Shown one piece after another: positions 8,946 through 18,139 of a stretch of 32,000 nucleotides of DNA. Source of the stretch: Formosa sp. Hel1_33_131 (lineage in GTDB: Bacteria; Bacteroidota; Bacteroidia; Flavobacteriales; Flavobacteriaceae). The translations under genes were made by a program, and so were the position numbers. The notes beneath the pieces were generated by a model, which had not been told where the DNA came from, did not search any database, and saw only the letters and a list, made by a program, of their open reading frames with translations. Position 1 is the first letter of the stretch. Each line of letters begins with the position of its first letter. The DNA lies in the NCBI RefSeq assembly GCF_001735745.1, contig NZ_CP017260.1:1500001-1532000 (forward strand), in the 5' to 3' direction.

Positions 8946-10289
8946 ATGAACTTCTCCAAATTCCCACCTTTATCACAAGTACTTCCTTCAAAAGATAAAA
9001 TACCAGAACATCTTGTTTCTAAAAAATATAAACATTGGAGGTGGCGCATGTTTATTGGGATGTATATAGGGTACACTATTTTTTATTTCACACGGAAAAA
9101 CATATCTCCTGCATTGCCTTTAATTAGCGAAAAACTAGATATTGACATTATTCAATTAGGGATATTAAGCAGTGTTTTTTATGTGGTTTATGGTATTGGA
9201 AAGTTCATTAGTGGACTCTTAGCAGACAGAGCAAATATCAGAATGTTTATGGCCATTGGGCTTTTTCTAGCATCCCTCATACATTTGTTTATTGGATTTT
9301 TAGATAGTTTATATCTAATTGTTTTCTTTTGGGGACTCAATGGAGCCTTTCAATCCATGGGGTTTCCGCCAATTGCGAAAGGTTTAGTCCACTGGTTTTC
9401 ACCACGAGAAAGAGCAACGAAATGGACTATCTTATCCTCTTCACATACGGCAGGTACCTTTGGAATTGGACTCCTAGTTGCTGGAATTATCAACCTGTAC
9501 AACAAAGGAGTTGTAGGCTGGGAAGCTGTTTTCTATGTACCAGGCATTATAGGGTGTTTAACCGCTATATTTTTGTTTATTACATTGCGGGATCGTCCTG
9601 TTTCCTTAGGGTTGCCTCCAATTGAAGACCATAAGAACGAGAGACCCATAGTAGAGTTGATCGAAAAATCAAAATCGCATTGGGAGCTATTAAAAAAACA
9701 TATTTTTACCAATAAATATATTTGGCTGTTAAGTTTGGCCAACATGTTCATTTATATCATTCGTTTTGGAACTTTAGACTGGGCAACAATATTCTTGTAT
9801 GATATAAAAGGGATTGATCAGGTACAAGTAGCCATTTTTTGGACATTAATGCCTTTGGCAGGAATCCCAGGAGGCATAGTAGCAGGTTATTTGGCCGATA
9901 AATTTTGGAATGGACGCTGTGTTCCTATTAACGTTATTTACCTTGTGTTGTTAACATTTAGCATCGTTGTTTTTTATTTTTATTCAGGACCTAATAACAT
10001 TATTCTAACGGGGGTCTTTTTGTTGCTAATTGGCTTCCTCATCGATGGACCTCAAAACTTAATAAGTGGGGTGCAAGCCTCCAGAGTCACAGTCAAACAG
10101 GCCATTTCTGCAGCCTGCGGAATGACAGGTTTTTTCGGTTACGTAGGGGCTACCTTTTCAGGAATAGGATTGGCTTACATAACGGAATCTTTTGGGTGGA
10201 TGGCGATGTATGGAGTCTGTGCATTATCATCAGTTCTGTGTTTGATTTTAGTACTAATGACTTACAAAAAAGAAAAGGGGCATTCATAA
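8946..10289 (+). CDS. MFS organophosphate:phosphate antiporter (GlpT/UhpC/UhpT family)
   Basis: The 447-aa product has about 12 predicted TM segments. Blocks match my memory of E. coli GlpT: RWRMFIGMYIGYTIFYFTRKN, GxxxDRxN, GFPPIAKGLVHWFSPRER and GLPPIEDHKNE (GlpT has GLPPIEEYKND). I cannot tell which substrate subfamily it belongs to. Confidence 0.85.
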   Translation: MNFSKFPPLSQVLPSKDKIPEHLVSKKYKHWRWRMFIGMYIGYTIFYFTRKNISPALPLISEKLDIDIIQLGILSSVFYVVYGIGKFISGLLADRANIRMFMAIGLFLASLIHLFIGFLDSLYLIVFFWGLNGAFQSMGFPPIAKGLVHWFSPRERATKWTILSSSHTAGTFGIGLLVAGIINLYNKGVVGWEAVFYVPGIIGCLTAIFLFITLRDRPVSLGLPPIEDHKNERPIVELIEKSKSHWELLKKHIFTNKYIWLLSLANMFIYIIRFGTLDWATIFLYDIKGIDQVQVAIFWTLMPLAGIPGGIVAGYLADKFWNGRCVPINVIYLVLLTFSIVVFYFYSGPNNIILTGVFLLLIGFLIDGPQNLISGVQASRVTVKQAISAACGMTGFFGYVGATFSGIGLAYITESFGWMAMYGVCALSSVLCLILVLMTYKKEKGHS

Positions 10290-10342
10290 TCACGTAAATC
10301 GATTCGTTTCAAACTTAAAAACTCTAGTTTTAAAATACAAAG

Positions 10343-10369
10343 CCCAACCCTAAACAGTTGGGTTTTTTT
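10343..10369 (+). terminator. Rho-independent terminator after the MFS gene
   Basis: CCCAAC (10343-10348) pairs with GTTGGG (10357-10362) and is followed by T7. Confidence 0.7.
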
Positions 10370-10462
10370 GTGCTCTACTAATGAATTTGAATATTAACAT
10401 TTACTTATTAGACAGTAATTTAATTTTTTCATTAAATTGCACATTAAAATCCTACTAAAATT

Positions 10463-12493
10463 ATGAAAAAGCTCGCAACACTTTTATTGTTTTTAATCAG
10501 TTTTTCTGGGTTCTCTCAGATCATAAATTCTGTCAAATGGGAATTTGGCTCGGAGAAAATTTCAGAAACAGAGTACGATCTTATATTCGTAGCTAAGATT
10601 GAATCCCATTGGGCACTTTACTCACAATTTGTAGAAGAGGGGGGGCCTTTACCAACCGTTTTTTCATTTCAACCAGCTCCTGGTTTTGAGCTCATTGAAA
10701 AGGTGAAGGAATTAGAGGCAAACAAAGTGACGCAACACGACCCTGTGTTTGACATGATCGTTTCAAAATATTATGACAAAGCCATTTTTAAGCAACGCAT
10801 CAACGTAAAATCTCCCGAATTTAGTATCAGTGGGAATATTGATTTCATGACCTGCGACGACACACAATGCACCTATTTACCAGACAATCCATTTACATTT
10901 AACTATTCTGCTGAAGCTGGTTTTGTAATTGTAGGAGGGACGCCAGTATCCGATTCGGAAGTTTCTGAGAATGCCGATCAGATTTTATATGGAATGTCGA
11001 TCGACTCCATCTCAAAAGCCTTGGTAAAATGTAGTACACAATTAACCTCGCTATCGCAAGATATCAAAGCGTCCAACAACTCCCTCTGGAAGATTTTTGG
11101 ATTGGGTTTCCTTGGCGGATTATTAGCACTTTTAACCCCTTGTGTATTTCCAATGATTCCTTTAACGGTCAGTTTTTTCACCAAAAAAGGGGGGGATGGC
11201 ACTCAAAAAGGCGGCGTCTCCAAAGCTATCTTATATGGTTTTTTCATCGTACTGGTTTACCTAGCACTCAGCATTCCATTTCACTTATTAGACTCTGTTA
11301 ACCCCGATATTTTAAATGAAATTTCCACCAATGTTTGGTTAAATGTCATTTTCTTTGTCATCTTTATATTTTTCGCATTTTCATTTTTTGGCTATTACGA
11401 ATTAACCTTGCCATCCACTTGGACAAATTCCACGAGCAAAGGCGAAGGAATTGGTGGGATCTTAGGTGTCTTTTTTATGGCGTTGACCTTATCAATTGTG
11501 TCCTTTTCATGTACAGGCCCTATTCTTGGTTCCTTGCTTGCAGGCTCCCTTTCGGCAGATGGTGGCGCTTGGCAACTGACCGCTGGAATGGCAGGTTTTG
11601 GGGTGGCACTAGGGTTGCCCTTTGCATTATTTGCGATGTTTCCAAACATGCTAAAAGCCCTTCCAAAATCTGGGGGATGGCTCAATACAACTAAAGTTAT
11701 TTTAGGGTTTTTAGAACTCGCTTTGGCCTTTAAATTTCTCTCCAACGCCGATTTAGTAAAACACTGGGGACTCCTTAAAATTGAAGTCTTTTTAGGGATT
11801 TGGATTGTTGTGTTTGCAGGATTGGCACTCTATATTTTAGGAAAATTAAAATTCCCACACGATTCTCCATTAAAAAAACTATCCTTTTTCAGAATCGCTT
11901 CTGGAGTCTTGGTTTTTGCTTTTGTGGTCTATTTAGGATCCGGGTTTAGGGTCAATAAAGAAACGCAAACATTCACACCACTCACATTATTAAGTGGATT
12001 GGCACCGCCTGTTGGCTACAGCTTTTTGTATCCAAACGACTGTCCTAATAATTTTGAATGTTTCAAAGATTTAAAAGAAGGCGTTGCTTACGCTCAAAAA
12101 GTAAACAAACCCATCTTACTTGATTTCACCGGATATGCCTGTGTAAATTGTCGTAAAATGGAAGAACATATTTGGCCAAAAGCCTCTATCAAGCCTTATT
12201 TTGAAAATGACTATGTATTGATTTCTCTTTATGTAGATGATAAAAAAGAATTGCCAGAAGATCAAAAATTAACGGTCGAACGTCTTGGAGGCGGCACACG
12301 TGTTTTAGAAAATTACGGTCATAAATGGGCGCATTTTCAAACACAGTTTTTCCAATCCAATTCTCAACCCTACTACGTGTTACTAGATTCGAATGGGAAA
12401 CAGGTGTTAAACGAGCCAGTTGGCTACACGCCAGATGAAGAAGATTACAAAGCCTTTTTGGATTGCGGACTTGAGGTTTTTGAAACGCTTTAA
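10463..12493 (+). CDS. dsbD: DsbD-like thiol:disulfide interchange protein (N-terminal periplasmic domain, CcdA-type membrane core, C-terminal thioredoxin fold)
   Basis: The 676-aa product has a signal peptide. The membrane core carries the paired Cys motifs LTPCVFPMIPL and SFSCTGPILG. The C-terminal segment has a thioredoxin-like CxxC (GYACVNCRKME). Confidence 0.85.
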   Translation: MKKLATLLLFLISFSGFSQIINSVKWEFGSEKISETEYDLIFVAKIESHWALYSQFVEEGGPLPTVFSFQPAPGFELIEKVKELEANKVTQHDPVFDMIVSKYYDKAIFKQRINVKSPEFSISGNIDFMTCDDTQCTYLPDNPFTFNYSAEAGFVIVGGTPVSDSEVSENADQILYGMSIDSISKALVKCSTQLTSLSQDIKASNNSLWKIFGLGFLGGLLALLTPCVFPMIPLTVSFFTKKGGDGTQKGGVSKAILYGFFIVLVYLALSIPFHLLDSVNPDILNEISTNVWLNVIFFVIFIFFAFSFFGYYELTLPSTWTNSTSKGEGIGGILGVFFMALTLSIVSFSCTGPILGSLLAGSLSADGGAWQLTAGMAGFGVALGLPFALFAMFPNMLKALPKSGGWLNTTKVILGFLELALAFKFLSNADLVKHWGLLKIEVFLGIWIVVFAGLALYILGKLKFPHDSPLKKLSFFRIASGVLVFAFVVYLGSGFRVNKETQTFTPLTLLSGLAPPVGYSFLYPNDCPNNFECFKDLKEGVAYAQKVNKPILLDFTGYACVNCRKMEEHIWPKASIKPYFENDYVLISLYVDDKKELPEDQKLTVERLGGGTRVLENYGHKWAHFQTQFFQSNSQPYYVLLDSNGKQVLNEPVGYTPDEEDYKAFLDCGLEVFETL

Positions 12494-12556
12494 TAGATTA
12501 GTTTAAATCAAAACATTAATTTTTAGTAACTTTGAAATAAATTTAACAACGAACCA

Positions 12557-13147
12557 ATGCTAGATAGCTTTTTTAAATTTTTAGAATTAGGACTTTATCA
12601 TATTGTAAGCTTCAAAGGCTATGACCATATTTTATTTTTAGTGGTCTTATCGATCCCCTATCTTTTTAAAGACTGGAAACGCTTGCTGTTATTAATATCC
12701 TCTTTTACCTTAGGGCACACGCTTAGTTTGTTGTTAGGAGTTTATGACATCATAAACTTAAAGAGCAATGTGATCGAGTGGTTGATTCCGTTTACCATCA
12801 TTATCATGGCACTTTATAATGTGTTTACCGCCGGGAAAGCATCTAAACAATCCAACCCGATCATTATATTTAGTCTTGTTTTATTTTTTGGATTCATTCA
12901 CGGTTTAGGGTTTGCCAACGCTTTTGAATCGATGGTAACTGCGAATGAAAGCACCTTATTATCCGTATTGGAATTTGCATTAGGAATTGAGATTGGACAA
13001 TTTGTAATTGTCTTCTGTATCTTGTTTTTCGGATTCTTAGGACAAACTATATTTAGATTCTCTGTTCGGGATTGGGTGATGGTTCTTTCGGCCGTTGTGA
13101 TTGGTCTTATGCTCCCTTTGATTTTTAACAGTCCCCTTTTTTCTTAA
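12557..13147 (+). CDS. HupE/UreJ-family membrane protein
   Basis: The 196-aa polytopic protein begins with the family signature GLYHIVSFKGYDHILFLVVL (GxxHIxxGxDHxLFL) and carries a later GFIHGLGFA motif. Confidence 0.7.
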   Translation: MLDSFFKFLELGLYHIVSFKGYDHILFLVVLSIPYLFKDWKRLLLLISSFTLGHTLSLLLGVYDIINLKSNVIEWLIPFTIIIMALYNVFTAGKASKQSNPIIIFSLVLFFGFIHGLGFANAFESMVTANESTLLSVLEFALGIEIGQFVIVFCILFFGFLGQTIFRFSVRDWVMVLSAVVIGLMLPLIFNSPLFS

Positions 13148-13167
13148 GTAAATAATCACCCCTTTTT

Positions 13168-13590
13168 ATGACCACACAAAAGCAACTTAAATACGACAAA
13201 GCTTATCTTAGAATGGCTTCTGAATGGGGAAAATTGTCGTACTGTAAACGCAAACAAGTAGGCGCGATAATTGTCAAAGATCGCATGATTATTTCTGACG
13301 GCTATAATGGAACCCCTACGGGTTTTGAAAATTTTTGTGAAGACGAAGAAGGCTACACCAAATGGTATGTTTTGCATGCAGAAGCCAATGCCATTTTAAA
13401 GGTCGCTGCCTCCACACAATCGTGTCATGGTTCCACCTTATACATTACCTTATCACCTTGTCAAAGTTGCAGTAAATTAATTCATCAAGCGGGGATTACT
13501 CGAGTGGTTTATAGCCAAGCCTATAAAGACCTTTCGGGAGTTGAGTTTCTTGAAAAAGCAGGCATTCAAGTTGAATTACTAACCCTGTAA
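13168..13590 (+). CDS. Deoxycytidylate (dCMP) deaminase, ComEB-like zinc deaminase
   Basis: The 140-aa product has the cytidine/deoxycytidylate deaminase zinc motifs HAEANAI and PCQSCSKLI. Confidence 0.85.
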   Translation: MTTQKQLKYDKAYLRMASEWGKLSYCKRKQVGAIIVKDRMIISDGYNGTPTGFENFCEDEEGYTKWYVLHAEANAILKVAASTQSCHGSTLYITLSPCQSCSKLIHQAGITRVVYSQAYKDLSGVEFLEKAGIQVELLTL

Positions 13591-13591
13591 T

Positions 13592-15193
13592 TTGATGTCC
13601 TTAAATCAAAAACACCTACCATTTTTTGTTGCAGCTCTTTTGGCGATAGGCATTTATATCGGCTCAAAATTAAGCACTAACATCCCAAGTCCTTTTGCAA
13701 GCACTAAAAACATCAGCAAACAAAAATTAAATCGACTCATTGATTATTTAGAATATGAGTATGTTGACCCTGTGGATACAGACAGCATTGTGGAAGGTTT
13801 TATTGAGACCGTTTTACAGAATCTCGATCCACATTCTTCATACATTCCAAAACAAGATTTAGCCTCGGTTACTGAAAACATGAAAGGCGACTTTATTGGG
13901 ATTGGTGTCCGTTTTTATAATTATAAAGACACCATCACAGTCATTCGACCTATTGAGGGCGGGCCGAGTTTTCGTGCTGGGATTCTGGCAGGCGATCGTA
14001 TTTTAATGGCAGATGATGACACAATTCACGGTCAGAATTGGGGTCAAGACAAAGTCATCGATAGACTTCGAGGTGAAAAAAATTCTAAAGTTCAATTAAC
14101 AATCAAACGTGCAGGTGTTGATAGTTTATTGAGTTTCGAAATCATTCGCGCCGAAGTGCCCATCAAAAGTGTGGTCACTTCTTATATGATCAATCCAACG
14201 CTTGGCTATATTAAAATTAATCGGTTTGCTGAAAGCACCTATTTAGAATTTGAAAAAACAGTTGAGGATTTACTTTCTAAAGGCGCCTCAAATTTAGTAT
14301 TGGATTTGCGGGACAATCCAGGGGGGTTTTTACAAATCGCCGAACAAATTGCGGATGAATTTTTAGAAGATGGAAAACTCATTTTATTTACGAAAAACAA
14401 AACCAATGAAACTGTTGAAAGTTTTGCGACCTCAAAAGGACGTTTTGAACAGGCTGAGGTGTATGTGCTGATCAATGAAAATTCTGCGTCTGCCAGCGAG
14501 ATTGTTGCAGGGGCACTTCAAGACAATGACAAAGGTACTATTGTTGGGCGCCGTTCTTTCGGAAAAGGATTGGTTCAACAAGAAATGGATTTGGGCGACG
14601 GCAGTGCCATCCGGTTGACGACCTCTAGATATTACACCCCAACAGGGCGTTCTATACAGCGGTCGTATGCCAAGGGTTCAGAATCTTATTACGACGACTA
14701 CTATGAGCGCATAGACGACAGAGCGGTGGACACACTGCAATCAAAAGGGATCGCCGACAGTCTTCAATTTACAACTCCCAAAGGGAAAATCGTATATGGT
14801 GGTGGTGGAATTATTCCAGATGTTTATGTGCCTTATGATGTAAATTTTAATAACGACATTGTCGAATTCTTAAAAACTACGGGCGTTATGGACTTTTTTG
14901 TCTTTGAACATTTAGACGGTCAGCGTGCGCAGTATTCAGAACCTTCGGAGGTGGAATTTTCAAACAGCTTCGAAATTTCGGAGGCGATTTATCAGCAATT
15001 TGTAGCCTATTTCACAGAGACTACAAAACTAGAAAATGATGCGTTCGACATTTATAAAAGTTCTATAAAAACGCTTTTGAAATCTGCTTTCGCAAAACAA
15101 CTTTTTGGAGACAATACAGCCGCAAAAATTTTGAGCTCATTTGATCCCATGTTGCAAAAAGTAAACGATTTAGAAGCCCTAATTGTAAATTAA
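13592..15193 (+). CDS. S41-family C-terminal processing (tail-specific) peptidase
   Basis: The 533-aa product has an N-terminal TM anchor, a PDZ-like segment (GIGVRF...GGPSFRAGILAGDRIL) and an S41 catalytic region (VLDLRDNPGGFL, NENSASASEIVAGALQD, GKGLVQ). The more likely start is the ATG at 13595. Confidence 0.9.
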   Translation: MMSLNQKHLPFFVAALLAIGIYIGSKLSTNIPSPFASTKNISKQKLNRLIDYLEYEYVDPVDTDSIVEGFIETVLQNLDPHSSYIPKQDLASVTENMKGDFIGIGVRFYNYKDTITVIRPIEGGPSFRAGILAGDRILMADDDTIHGQNWGQDKVIDRLRGEKNSKVQLTIKRAGVDSLLSFEIIRAEVPIKSVVTSYMINPTLGYIKINRFAESTYLEFEKTVEDLLSKGASNLVLDLRDNPGGFLQIAEQIADEFLEDGKLILFTKNKTNETVESFATSKGRFEQAEVYVLINENSASASEIVAGALQDNDKGTIVGRRSFGKGLVQQEMDLGDGSAIRLTTSRYYTPTGRSIQRSYAKGSESYYDDYYERIDDRAVDTLQSKGIADSLQFTTPKGKIVYGGGGIIPDVYVPYDVNFNNDIVEFLKTTGVMDFFVFEHLDGQRAQYSEPSEVEFSNSFEISEAIYQQFVAYFTETTKLENDAFDIYKSSIKTLLKSAFAKQLFGDNTAAKILSSFDPMLQKVNDLEALIVN

Positions 15194-15393
15194 GACTTTT
15201 CTTTTACCGTACGATCTATCTTTTTAACAATCCTCCATATTGTGAATAACAGAATGGCGCATCCACCTGCCAATGCGGTGATGATGGCTGTATAACTTTC
15301 CTTTTCAAAGGGCGCATCAAAGTTTATTTTTGTGAGGTTGAATGCAATAATCCCAAGAGCCACTACCGATAATAAATAAGTTAAGATTCGCAT
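15190..15393 (-). CDS. Small two-TM membrane protein, hypothetical
   Basis: The 67-aa product has two hydrophobic helices. The ORF lies directly downstream of the MarC-family gene, with only a 1-nt gap between them. Confidence 0.45.
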   Translation of the reverse strand: MRILTYLLSVVALGIIAFNLTKINFDAPFEKESYTAIITALAGGCAILLFTIWRIVKKIDRTVKEKS

Positions 15394-15394
15394 A

Positions 15395-15973
15395 TTATAA
15401 TAAAAATTTAATATTAGAAGTAAATAGTTTTACGGCAATTGCCAAGAGGACAACGCCAAACACTTTTCGTATGATATCGATCCCATTTTGTCCAATAAAC
15501 CGTTCGATTCGATTCGAGGTTTTAAGGACGATAAAAATCACAACCACATTCACGATGACTGCAACGATGATGTTTTCTGTGTGAAATTCAGATTTTAAAG
15601 ACAGCAGGGTTGTGAGGCTTCCAGGCCCTGCAATCAATGGAAATGCCAATGGAAACACGGAAGCGTTCATACTGGTACCTTCTTCTTGTTTATAGAGGGT
15701 AATTCCTAGGATCATTTCGAGGGCAATAAAAAATAATATGAACGCACCCGCAACTGCAAATGAATGCACATCAATACCAATAAGATTTAGGATACTGTCA
15801 CCCAAAAACAAAAAGATGATCATAATAATGCCCGCAATAACCGAGGCCTTTTCACTTTGAATATGCCCAGCTTTCTTGCGCAAGTCAATAATAATAGGGA
15901 TGTTTCCCACAATGTCAATCACCGCGAAAAGCACCATAAATGCCGTTAAAACTTCTTTAAAATTGAAATTCAT
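15395..15973 (-). CDS. MarC-family (UPF0056) integral membrane protein
   Basis: The 192-aa product has 6 predicted TM segments. Family-like blocks are present (FAVIDIVGNIPI, FPLAFPLIAGPGSLTT). Confidence 0.8.
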   Translation of the reverse strand: MNFNFKEVLTAFMVLFAVIDIVGNIPIIIDLRKKAGHIQSEKASVIAGIIMIIFLFLGDSILNLIGIDVHSFAVAGAFILFFIALEMILGITLYKQEEGTSMNASVFPLAFPLIAGPGSLTTLLSLKSEFHTENIIVAVIVNVVVIFIVLKTSNRIERFIGQNGIDIIRKVFGVVLLAIAVKLFTSNIKFLL

Positions 15974-16082
15974 GATTACAAATTATTTTTATGCAAAGGT
16001 CGAATAAATAATTATAATCACAAGTTTATTTTGAGCGATTATTTAGGCTTAAAATGTTCACAATTAACAGTATATTTGGCGC

Positions 16083-16655
16083 ATGTTTCAAATAGGAAAA
16101 ACCATTGTGTCCGAAGACATTATTGAGAAAGATTTTTTATGCAACCTGAGCGCTTGTAAAGGGGCCTGTTGTGTAGATGGTGATGCAGGTGCGCCGCTAG
16201 AAGCTGCCGAGGCAACGATACTAGAAAACATCTATCCCATTATAAAGCCCTACCTTAGAAAAGAGAGTATCGATGCGATTGAAGCGCAAGGCACCCATGT
16301 GGTCACCGAAGAGGGGGAACTAGAAACCCCTTTAATTAACGGAGCCGATTGTGCCTATGTGATTTTTGATGATAAAAACACCGCTTTATGTGCTATTGAA
16401 GAAGCTTACAATCAAGGAGAAGTCGATTGGAAAAAACCAGTGTCCTGTCATTTATATCCAGTGCGTATCAAAGACTACAGTGAGTTTTCTGCCGTCAATT
16501 ATGACAATTGGGAGATCTGTGATGCCGCTTGTACCTTAGGTAAAGAACTACAAGTGCCCGTCTATAAATTTGTCAAAGAAGCCTTGATTCGAAAATTTGG
16601 AGCCGATTGGTACGCCGAATTAGAACAAGTCGCTGCCAAACACAGTCAAAAATAG
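16083..16655 (+). CDS. Cys-rich DUF3109-family protein
   Basis: The 190-aa product has an N-terminus (IGKTIVSEDIIEKDFLCNLSACKGACCVDGDAGAPL) that matches my recollection of the Bacteroidota DUF3109 family. This is unverified. Confidence 0.6.
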   Translation: MFQIGKTIVSEDIIEKDFLCNLSACKGACCVDGDAGAPLEAAEATILENIYPIIKPYLRKESIDAIEAQGTHVVTEEGELETPLINGADCAYVIFDDKNTALCAIEEAYNQGEVDWKKPVSCHLYPVRIKDYSEFSAVNYDNWEICDAACTLGKELQVPVYKFVKEALIRKFGADWYAELEQVAAKHSQK

Positions 16656-16968
16656 TATTAGCGCAGTGCTTAAGGTGGTGGTGCAAAATCCATCCTCTTT
16701 TCAAATATTTTTATCAATTTTATTAAACGAAGTGTTTTTAATTCAACTTACTGCTTAATATTTCTGTAAGAGAGAGGGTCGAGTTAAGCATCTCTAAACA
16801 AGTATTTTACCTTTTTAATCTTAAATTATTTTTGTAGGAAAAAAGCTACTCGTTGTTAAAAACTCATAGGCAATGTTTATAAAAATGGCTTTCATTTAAG
16901 GCAACTATTTTGAACCTTTGTTAACCGCTCAAACGCGTATTTTTTTTTAACCCAGAATTTTAATTTAG

Positions 16969-17949
16969 ATGTCACAAGTAGAACCGATTTTACAAGAAAA
17001 CAAAGACCGATTTGTCATTTTTCCAATCCAACACCATGATATATGGGAATGGTATAAAAAATCAGAAGCAAGTTTTTGGACGGCTGAAGAAATTGATTTA
17101 CATCAAGATTTAACGGACTGGGCGACGAAGCTGAATGACGATGAGCGTTATTTTATCAAGCATATATTAGCATTTTTCGCAGCGAGTGACGGGATTGTAA
17201 ATGAAAATTTAGCAGAAAATTTTGTAAACGAAGTGCAATACAGTGAAGCAAAATTCTTCTACGGATTCCAAATCATGATGGAAAATATTCATAGTGAAAC
17301 CTATTCTCTATTAATAGATACCTATGTAAAGGATGAGGTTGAAAAAGACAAATTATTCAATGCGATCGATAATTTTCCAGCTATTAAGAAAAAAGCAGAT
17401 TGGGCTCTTAAGTGGATAGAGTCTCCAAGTTTTGCAGAGCGTTTGATTGCATTTGCAGCCGTGGAAGGGATTTTCTTTTCAGGCGCATTTTGTTCAATTT
17501 TCTGGTTAAAGAAACGTGGCTTGATGCCGGGATTGACGTTCTCAAATGAGTTGATTTCTAGAGATGAAGGCGTGCATGCAGACTTTGCAGTCCACCTCCA
17601 CAACAAACACCTTATCAATAAAGTTCCTAAAGAGCGCATCAGAGAAATCTTATTGGACGCTTTAACGATTGAAAGAGAATTTATTACTGAATCTCTACCA
17701 GCAAGTTTGATTGGTATGAATTCAAAATTGATGTCTCAGTATTTAGAATTTGTAACCGATCGCTTATTACAAGAATTAGATTGCGAAAAAGAATACAACA
17801 CATCAAACCCATTTGATTTTATGGACATGATTTCGCTTCAAGGAAAAACAAATTTCTTTGAAAAAAGAGTGGCTGAATATCAAAAGGCGGGGGTCCTCAA
17901 CAAAGAAGAAGAGGGTGCCGATAAATACAGTTTCGATTCTGAATTCTAG
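16969..17949 (+). CDS. nrdB: Ribonucleoside-diphosphate reductase, class Ia small (beta/R2) subunit
   Basis: The 326-aa product has di-iron/tyrosyl radical site blocks ([52 protein letters not shown]). The acidic C-terminal tail ends in F. Confidence 0.95.
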   Translation: MSQVEPILQENKDRFVIFPIQHHDIWEWYKKSEASFWTAEEIDLHQDLTDWATKLNDDERYFIKHILAFFAASDGIVNENLAENFVNEVQYSEAKFFYGFQIMMENIHSETYSLLIDTYVKDEVEKDKLFNAIDNFPAIKKKADWALKWIESPSFAERLIAFAAVEGIFFSGAFCSIFWLKKRGLMPGLTFSNELISRDEGVHADFAVHLHNKHLINKVPKERIREILLDALTIEREFITESLPASLIGMNSKLMSQYLEFVTDRLLQELDCEKEYNTSNPFDFMDMISLQGKTNFFEKRVAEYQKAGVLNKEEEGADKYSFDSEF

Positions 17950-17972
17950 AACAACACCTAGAAGAAGAACTT

Positions 17973-17997
17973 AAAACGAATTATACAATTCGTTTTT
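17973..17997 (+). terminator. AT-rich stem-loop just after nrdB (possible weak terminator or attenuator)
   Basis: AAAACGAATT (17973-17982) pairs perfectly with AATTCGTTTT (17987-17996) around a 4-nt loop. The T-run is part of the stem, so its strength as a terminator is uncertain. Confidence 0.4.
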
Positions 17998-18139
17998 CAT
18001 AAATCAACCTTTTGGTTTTCTTAAATGGCAACCAAACACAAAAAACAACTAAGTATTTGAGGCAACTCCAATACGTCTAGGCTAACTAACTAACCGCTTT
18101 TTTGAAGCAGTATCAAAAAAGCAAAAAAGACCAAAAAAA

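Noticed and set aside
9329-11745. Alternative-frame and antisense ORFs within the MFS and DsbD genes (9329-9625, 9533-9751, 10978-11202, 11335-11694, 11395-11745)
   Set aside because: They lie entirely within confidently called membrane-protein genes. Their products are Arg/Trp/Pro-rich, typical of off-frame translation.
16656-16968. NrdR boxes or a cobalamin riboswitch in the long nrdB leader
   Set aside because: I could find no pair of 16-bp ACACnATATATnGTGT-like palindromes and no B12-box-like sequence. Only a weak 7-bp stem (TGCTTAA/TTAAGCA) with a 25-nt loop is present. The evidence is insufficient for a call.
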